DNA of 64,000 nt from Planctomycetaceae bacterium (GTDB taxonomy: Bacteria; Planctomycetota; Planctomycetia; Pirellulales; UBA1268): NCBI GenBank assembly GCA_947459185.1, contig CANHCU010000002.1:21408-85407 (forward strand), written 5' to 3'. The position numbers and the translations under genes are program-made. Numbering within the stretch: the stretch's first letter is position 1; every line of letters starts with the position of its first letter. Below the pieces are notes generated by a model that searched no databases, was not told where the DNA came from, and saw only the letters and a program-made list of their open reading frames with translations. Shown here piece by piece: positions 58,748 through 64,000 of the stretch.

Positions 58748-59758
58748 TCAGCCCGCCGCGGCCGGCTTGGCGAGCCGCTCGATCTTCTTGAGAAGCGCCG
58801 TGGCGCTCGACCGCACGTCACCCACGGGATCACGCGTGAGCTGCTCCACGAGGTCGAGCAGTTGTCGGGGCGGCGGCTCGTGGGTCGCATCGACGAGCAA
58901 CGCCACCCCTCGCAATGCGTTGACGACCACGAGGGCCCGCTTGTAACGCCGCGACTGAGCGGCCGGATCGGCCGCCGCGTCGGGCCCCATGACGACGTCG
59001 GGGAGAGCGAGCATTTCCGCAATCCCCTCGAACGATTCCGCACGGCCTTGGCGAGCCATCGCGAGCGCCGCGTTGAATCGCACGTCGTCGGCCGTGTCGC
59101 CGATGAGTTGCTCGAGACGTTCGATAGCCGCGGGGCCGCCGAGCACGCCGAGCGTGAAGGCAGAGGCCGACCGCAACTGCACGTCGTCGCTCTGCGAGGC
59201 TGCGATCACCGCCGCGGTCACGACGGATGCATCGTCGAACGATCGGTCCGCTGCCACGAGGTTTGTCGCCAGCACTGCAAGCGCCTCGACGGCCGCGCGG
59301 GCCGTCTGCGGATCGGAACCACCGCGGGCTCGCGCCACCAGCGGCCCGGCGGCAGCGGGAATGGCGAATTCGCCCAGAGCCCGGCAGAGATAGAGCCGCA
59401 GGGTCTGCGACTGCTCACCGGTGCGGCCACTGGCAGCTTCGTCGTCGAGGATGCGGCCCAGTTCCGTGGCGAGCGACTCGTCCGATTTGAGTGCGGCGCC
59501 GCCGGGGCCACGGAGGTCATTGGCAAGATTGAGGGCCGCCTGCCAGCGGCCTTCGTTGTCGCGGCGGAGCGTCTTCACATAGGCCTGCGGGTCGCTGCCG
59601 AGATGGGCCAGCCAGTGGAAGGCCAGCCATACGCCGACGATGATGGCGACGATCACGCCGGGCACGAGAAACAACTGGACGAGAAACGCCGCATTGGGCG
59701 GCTCGACGGGCGGCAGCGAGTCGTCTTGGGAGACGGTCCGGCGGGTGGAGTCGGCCAT
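58748..59758 (-). CDS. Membrane-anchored HEAT-repeat protein
   Basis: LPPVEPP...FLVQLFLVP TM; RWQAA, LRSASAFTLG, VRFNAALAMAR repeats. Confidence 0.8.
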   Translation of the reverse strand: MADSTRRTVSQDDSLPPVEPPNAAFLVQLFLVPGVIVAIIVGVWLAFHWLAHLGSDPQAYVKTLRRDNEGRWQAALNLANDLRGPGGAALKSDESLATELGRILDDEAASGRTGEQSQTLRLYLCRALGEFAIPAAAGPLVARARGGSDPQTARAAVEALAVLATNLVAADRSFDDASVVTAAVIAASQSDDVQLRSASAFTLGVLGGPAAIERLEQLIGDTADDVRFNAALAMARQGRAESFEGIAEMLALPDVVMGPDAAADPAAQSRRYKRALVVVNALRGVALLVDATHEPPPRQLLDLVEQLTRDPVGDVRSSATALLKKIERLAKPAAAG

Positions 59759-59962
59759 GAAGGGTGTGTCAGCCAGATGACGTGCCGCACGCTTTGCGAC
59801 GCGAGGGGTGGTGGAAGGACAGCGATCAGCAAGAATCAGGGGGCCGGGTATGGCATGCTTGGCCACGCCCTCTCGAGCACTCTCGCTACACCAGCAGTCT
59901 AGGTGGTCACCCCTGTGCGTCAACGTCCGGACCTTTCCGAAGTCCCCCCCCCTGCCCCGCCA

Positions 59963-60724
59963 ATGCCCGCGGTCTGGCTCGATGTGTCGCTTCCAACGGT
60001 CGAGGAAAATCTCGCGCTCGACGAGGCCCTGCTGGAACTGGCCCACGAGGGGCTGTCACAGGCGACCTGCGTCCGCACATGGATGGCGGCAACGCCCGCC
60101 GTCGTGCTCGGCTCGTCGAGCCGCATCGACGAGGAGGTCGATCCGCAGGCCTGCGCGGCGGCGGGCGTGCGGGTGGTGCGTCGGCCCAGCGGCGGGGCCA
60201 CCGTGGTGCTCGGGCCGGGCTGCCTGATGTGGTCGGTGATCACCCCCTATGCCGAGGGCGTGCCGCCGATCGAGGCGATTCATGTGGCTATGCTCGAGCC
60301 GTTGGCCGCTGCGATTAATGACGCGTTGCCCACGCCGGGCACGCCGGGCAGCCGGCGGGTGGCCCGCCGCGGCACGAGCGATCTGGCGGTTTTCACAGAT
60401 TGCGACATGACCGAACGGAAGGTGTCGGGCAATGCGCTGCGAGTGCGACGGCACGGGGTTCTCTACCACGGCACGCTGCTCGACCGTTTCGATCTTGGAC
60501 TCGTGGGGACAGTGCTCAGGCATCCGCCCCGCGAGCCCGACTATCGATCGCGACGGCCGCACGGCGAGTTCCTCGCCAATCTGGGCCTCGGCCGAGAGGC
60601 GCTTGAGCAGATCGTTCGAGCGGCGTTCCACGCCACGCTCACCGACGGCGAGTGGCCCCGCGACCGCGTCGCCCGACTCGTCGCCGAACGCTACGGCACG
60701 AGCGCGTGGACAAGCCGGTTGTGA
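59963..60724 (+). CDS. Lipoate-protein ligase A / BPL-LPL family protein
   Basis: NLALDEALL, RRPSGGATV, RKVSGNA, YHGTLL. Confidence 0.9.
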   Translation: MPAVWLDVSLPTVEENLALDEALLELAHEGLSQATCVRTWMAATPAVVLGSSSRIDEEVDPQACAAAGVRVVRRPSGGATVVLGPGCLMWSVITPYAEGVPPIEAIHVAMLEPLAAAINDALPTPGTPGSRRVARRGTSDLAVFTDCDMTERKVSGNALRVRRHGVLYHGTLLDRFDLGLVGTVLRHPPREPDYRSRRPHGEFLANLGLGREALEQIVRAAFHATLTDGEWPRDRVARLVAERYGTSAWTSRL

Positions 60725-60725
60725 T

Positions 60726-60932
60726 GCGTCATCCCATCGCTCGCGCTCCGGGCTTGTATGAATCGCCGCGTCATCCCATCGCTCGCGCTCCGGGCTTGTT
60801 TGAATCGCCGCGTCATCCCATCGCTCGCGCTCCGGGCTTGTACGAATCGCCGCGTCATCCCATCGCTCGCGCTCCGGGCTTGTTTGAATCGCCGCGCCAT
60901 CCCATCGCTCGCGCTCCGGGCTTGTACGAATC
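60726..60932. repeat. Tandem array of five 42-bp units built on the family-1 REP
   Basis: Unit GCGTCATCCCATCGCTCGCGCTCCGGGCTTGT(A/T)(T/C)GAATCGCC at 60726, 60768, 60810, 60852, 60894; no unique spacers. Confidence 0.93.
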
Positions 60933-60935
60933 CAT

Positions 60936-60960
60936 AAAAGCCCCCGGCGCAAGCCGGGGG
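60936..60960 (-). terminator. GC hairpin with T-tract on the minus strand (terminator or REP-like hairpin)
   Basis: AAAAG-CCCCCGGC-GCAA-GCCGGGGG. Confidence 0.55.
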
Positions 60961-61025
60961 ACTGCCCTGGCAGCCTGGGCAAGATAATCGGAAAGTGGGG
61001 GATGGGGGGTCTGCCGATCGCAAGG

Positions 61026-61210
61026 TGATCGAGTTCACCGAAATCCGCCGATCCTCCCTATGGCGGATGGGATTCGGTGTCGGGACCGTGGCCGATGGTC
61101 GAAAGAAAACAGTCTTTCGGCAGCGGCTGCTCCTGAGTAGGGTTCCCGACCCGATCGACAGGAAGTCGTTCGAAAGTTCGCTCCAGCGACAGCCCGCAAC
61201 AGGAGGTTGC
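61026..61210 (+). ncRNA. Candidate structured cis-regulatory RNA leader
   Basis: Nested stems CACCGAA/TTCGGTG, ATCCGCC/GGCGGAT, GTCGGGA/TCCCGAC, GTCGAAAGA/TCTTTCGGC, GTCGTT/AGCGAC, and GCAAC/GTTGC around the AGGAGG RBS. No known family recognised. Confidence 0.4.
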
Positions 61211-61215
61211 CAACT

Positions 61216-61485
61216 ATGCGTTTGCACATGAATGCCGCGGACGTGCGGCGATTGGTCACGCATTACTTCCTCGATCTCGGCGTGGACAGCGCCGAAGTCG
61301 ATGACGTCCAGGAAAACATCCGGATCGACAGGGGCCGCTGCGTGGCCCGCTGCTACCGCGTCGCGGAGATGTTCGCGATGTGGATGATCGATGTCGGTGT
61401 CCTGCAGTTCTACGACGCCGACGGCGAGATGCTGCACACCGTGAACCTGTTCACGGAACTCCAGCCGCAACGGGCCGCCGCCTGA
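61216..61485 (+). CDS. Small hypothetical protein
   Basis: AGGAGG RBS; 89 aa MRLHMNAADVRRLV...WMIDVGVLQFYDADGEMLHTVNL...RAAA. Confidence 0.75.
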   Translation: MRLHMNAADVRRLVTHYFLDLGVDSAEVDDVQENIRIDRGRCVARCYRVAEMFAMWMIDVGVLQFYDADGEMLHTVNLFTELQPQRAAA

Positions 61486-61665
61486 TCGCGGCGACGCTGC
61501 GAGGGCCTCGGGCATAGTCCGGCGCGACCGCTGTGCCGGCATGCCTGAGCGAGTATTCGATCATGTTCTGAAATAGTGGCGGTGCGGTGTCTGGGGGGAG
61601 AGTGCGCGCGGAGGCGGAGCCACCGTCGCGCTGTGGGGGTGGCCTGATGGCCGGGGGAACTGGCG

Positions 61666-62727
61666 ATGTCTGACACGTTTGATCTGGTGCGATCGCCGCG
61701 TTTGTCGATCGTCATCCCCACTCCTGCCGACACTGCGGCCATGGAGGAGACGCTCGTCAGCGTTCTGGAACACCGGCCCGACGACTGCGAAATCGTGGTG
61801 TCGCTCGGCTGCGAGTACGCCGACCCGTGGAATATCCGCGAGGAGGTGCGGTTCGTGCAGGCGCCCGCCGGATCGACTCTGGTGGGCTGCGTGAATCTCG
61901 GCGTGGCGGCCAGCGAGGGCGAGGTGGTGCATGTCCTCGCCGCGGGCTGGCGGGCCACGGAAGGCTGGACCGATCGGCCGATGGAACGACTCGAAGATGA
62001 CGATGTGGGGGCTGTCGTGCCGCTGGGAGTGGCGGGCGACAACCGCGATCACGTGGTGTCGGCGGGCGTGCGATGTGCCGTCGGGGGGCGGCGAATCGAC
62101 GTGGCCGCCGACACCAGGTGGCGCAAGGCGAAGGCGGCTGAGTGTCCGCCAGCCGGCGCGACGGCGCCGCAGGGACCGGTGCTCGAGGCCGGCTTCTGGC
62201 GGTCTGACGTGTTGAATCTCGCCGGCCGTGGCTTCACGACGGTCTGTGGCGATGCGACAGCCGACGCCGACATGGCGATCACACTGTCGCGGAGTGGTCT
62301 TCGCGTGGTACTGGAACCGTATTCCCACGTCATCGCTCCGGCAGCGACATCGGGCAGCGTTCGCACGCGGTCGTTCACGGCGGGGCTGCACGCGGAGCGG
62401 CTCTTCTGGCGGAGCGTGGCGGGGTCTTCGTTCGTGTCGGCGCTGGTGATGCATGCGGTGGAGATCGTGCGGCATGCGGTGACGAGGGCGCCGCTGGGCA
62501 CGCTTCCGATGCTGGTGGGCCGGATGGTGGCGGTGCTGCAGTTCGGGTCGTATGTGTCCCGCTATCTGCAACTTCGCCAGGTCATCCGGCAGGCGGCGGA
62601 CTCGGGTCGTGTCAGGCAGGGTGACGAGGACCGGCAGACGATCCGGATCGACGAGTCGCACGCCGGAGTCGGTCGGCCGCGGCATCGCGCCGCGCGTGAG
62701 GCAGCTCCGCTGCGAAAGTCGGCCTGA
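61666..62727 (+). CDS. GT2-fold glycosyltransferase-like protein
   Basis: PRLSIVIP, TLVSVLEHRPDDCEIVV, NLGVAASEGEVVHVL, ADADMAITL; no clear DxD. Confidence 0.7.
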   Translation: MSDTFDLVRSPRLSIVIPTPADTAAMEETLVSVLEHRPDDCEIVVSLGCEYADPWNIREEVRFVQAPAGSTLVGCVNLGVAASEGEVVHVLAAGWRATEGWTDRPMERLEDDDVGAVVPLGVAGDNRDHVVSAGVRCAVGGRRIDVAADTRWRKAKAAECPPAGATAPQGPVLEAGFWRSDVLNLAGRGFTTVCGDATADADMAITLSRSGLRVVLEPYSHVIAPAATSGSVRTRSFTAGLHAERLFWRSVAGSSFVSALVMHAVEIVRHAVTRAPLGTLPMLVGRMVAVLQFGSYVSRYLQLRQVIRQAADSGRVRQGDEDRQTIRIDESHAGVGRPRHRAAREAAPLRKSA

Positions 62728-62739
62728 ACGCACGCCGCG

Positions 62740-64000
62740 TCACTCCCCCTCCGCCGTCGGTGCAGATGTGTCTTTCTCACTGTCCTGTGCCGCGAACGGC
62801 AACAGGCGTTGCGGATCCTTGGCTGGCAGAGCCTTCCGCCGCGGGCCGCTCCGGCCGAGCGTGCGCCGCACCGGATCCTGCTGCATCGCCCCGCGCCGGT
62901 CACGGCGGCTGCCGTGCCGCTCAGCCACGCCGCGGGCCTCGCTGCGTGCCGCGGGGCCGCTGCGCACGATCGCCAGACGGCGTTTCGCCTCGCGAATCGC
63001 CTTGGCGTGATCGACGATCGGCAACGGATACTCGTGGCCGATTACGCAGCCGGCCGACCGTTGCACGTCTTCCGGCATCGTCCAGGGCATGTGCACATAC
63101 GCCGGTGGCACGCCGGCGAGTTCGGGCACCCAGCGGCGGATGAACACGCCGCGGGGATCCTGCTCGACCGCCTGCTTCGTCGGATTGTAGATCCTGAGTG
63201 TGTTGATGCCGGTCGTGCCGCTCTGCATCTGGAGCTGTGACCAGTGGATACCCGGCTCAAAGTCGAGGAAGTGGCGGGCGAGAAACAGGCCCGTAGGCCG
63301 CCAGTGGAGCCACAGGGAATAACTGGCGAACGACACGACCAACGCCCGCATCCGAAACGTGAGCCAGCCGGTGGCGACGAGGCTCCGCATGCAGGCATCC
63401 ACGAGCGGATAGCCCGTGCGCCCCGACTGCCAGGCGTCGAGCCACTCGGGGCGGACCTCGGTTTCGCGCAGGCCGTCGGCCGCCCGGAGCATGTTGTGAA
63501 ACTCGATCGCCGGTTCATCCTCGAGCTTCTGCATGAAGTGACAGTGCCAGTGGAGCCGGGATTGCATCGCCTTCACGCTCCGCTGCCAGGCCTTAAGGCC
63601 GGCACGGTCGCGCGGGCTCGTGGCCGTGAGCAGGCTCGCCTGCACCTCCCGCCGGCGGGCCTCGCTCTCCTGCCAGACGGTTCGCATCGAGATCGCGCCG
63701 AATGCCAGATACGGACTCAACCGCGAGCAACTCGTCGGCGCCGACAGCGGGCTCGAGATGCCGCCGGAGTAGTGCCGCCCGCGGCTCGACAGGAAGTCGT
63801 CGAGCACGTCGCCCGCCGCGCGCTCGCCACCCCGCTGGCGGTCCTTCGTGTCTGCGGGATACCCTAGCCCGCGGCAGTCAAGCACGCCGGCCGTGGCTAG
63901 CCGTGCGACGGTCGTGAGGCCGCCGCGACCGATACTCCGCGGCACGTTGGCACGGTCAGCCTCCATCCGCTTTTCCCACAGCCTGTTCCAGCCGTTCCGC
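62740..64000 (-). CDS. Cryptochrome/photolyase family protein (5' end outside the window)
   Basis: CSRLSPYLAFG, RLHWHCHFMQKLE, GRTGYPLVDACMR, FLDFEPGIHWSQ, RIYNP, FIRRWVPEL; the frame stays open to the window edge. Confidence 0.92.
   Translation of the reverse strand, partial: RNGWNRLWEKRMEADRANVPRSIGRGGLTTVARLATAGVLDCRGLGYPADTKDRQRGGERAAGDVLDDFLSSRGRHYSGGISSPLSAPTSCSRLSPYLAFGAISMRTVWQESEARRREVQASLLTATSPRDRAGLKAWQRSVKAMQSRLHWHCHFMQKLEDEPAIEFHNMLRAADGLRETEVRPEWLDAWQSGRTGYPLVDACMRSLVATGWLTFRMRALVVSFASYSLWLHWRPTGLFLARHFLDFEPGIHWSQLQMQSGTTGINTLRIYNPTKQAVEQDPRGVFIRRWVPELAGVPPAYVHMPWTMPEDVQRSAGCVIGHEYPLPIVDHAKAIREAKRRLAIVRSGPAARSEARGVAERHGSRRDRRGAMQQDPVRRTLGRSGPRRKALPAKDPQRLLPFAAQDSEKDTSAPTAEGE

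Noticed and set aside
60726-60932. Possible CRISPR array
   Set aside because: Units are contiguous with no unique spacers, no cas genes are in the window, and the unit is a REP seen elsewhere.
60936-60965. IS200/IS605 end or omega/HEARO RNA
   Set aside because: The hairpin resembles such ends, but there is no tnpA, tnpB or iscB gene and no downstream RNA consensus.
61120-61150. SRP RNA or hammerhead ribozyme
   Set aside because: Minus-strand CAGGAGCAGC lacks the SRP GNRA hairpin, and CTGAGTA does not fit the CUGANGA core.
60056-61542. ORFs with TSPERERWD, QARSASDG or ESPRHPIAR repeats
   Set aside because: These are translations of the 42-bp DNA repeat and overlap better-supported genes.

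Overview
GC-rich, gene-dense bacterial chromosome window. The DUF1501, PSD1/DUF1549-DUF1553 cytochrome c, DUF1559 and MRLTLRTLLAW-type proteins indicate a Planctomycetota (Pirellulales-like) genome. Housekeeping genes include dprA, prfB (with its +1 frameshift), infA, tex, dtd, rarA, rplU, RNase E/G, hpf-ptsN-ptsH-ptsI and tRNA-His. Accessory content: an ECF sigma/FecR-LamG pair bracketed by two type II TA modules; a topoisomerase VI A subunit with no adjacent B subunit; a PspA (ESCRT-III family) + AAA+ ATPase + OmpA-fused ABC transporter operon; and a two-component/DUF1559/DUF4832 locus. Features not explained by genes: (1) a 19-bp motif shared upstream of three genes of the two-component locus (candidate operator); (2) a ~110-bp collinear patchwork relic of the FecR-LamG + mazF region, joined at microhomologies; (3) a multi-stem structured leader that sequesters the RBS of a small hypothetical gene; (4) three REP-like families, including BIME-like clusters and a 5 x 42-bp tandem array; (5) GGA-rich repeats in the hpf/PTS operon. 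No CRISPR array, rRNA, integrase or transposase was seen. All calls are by eye, without database searches.
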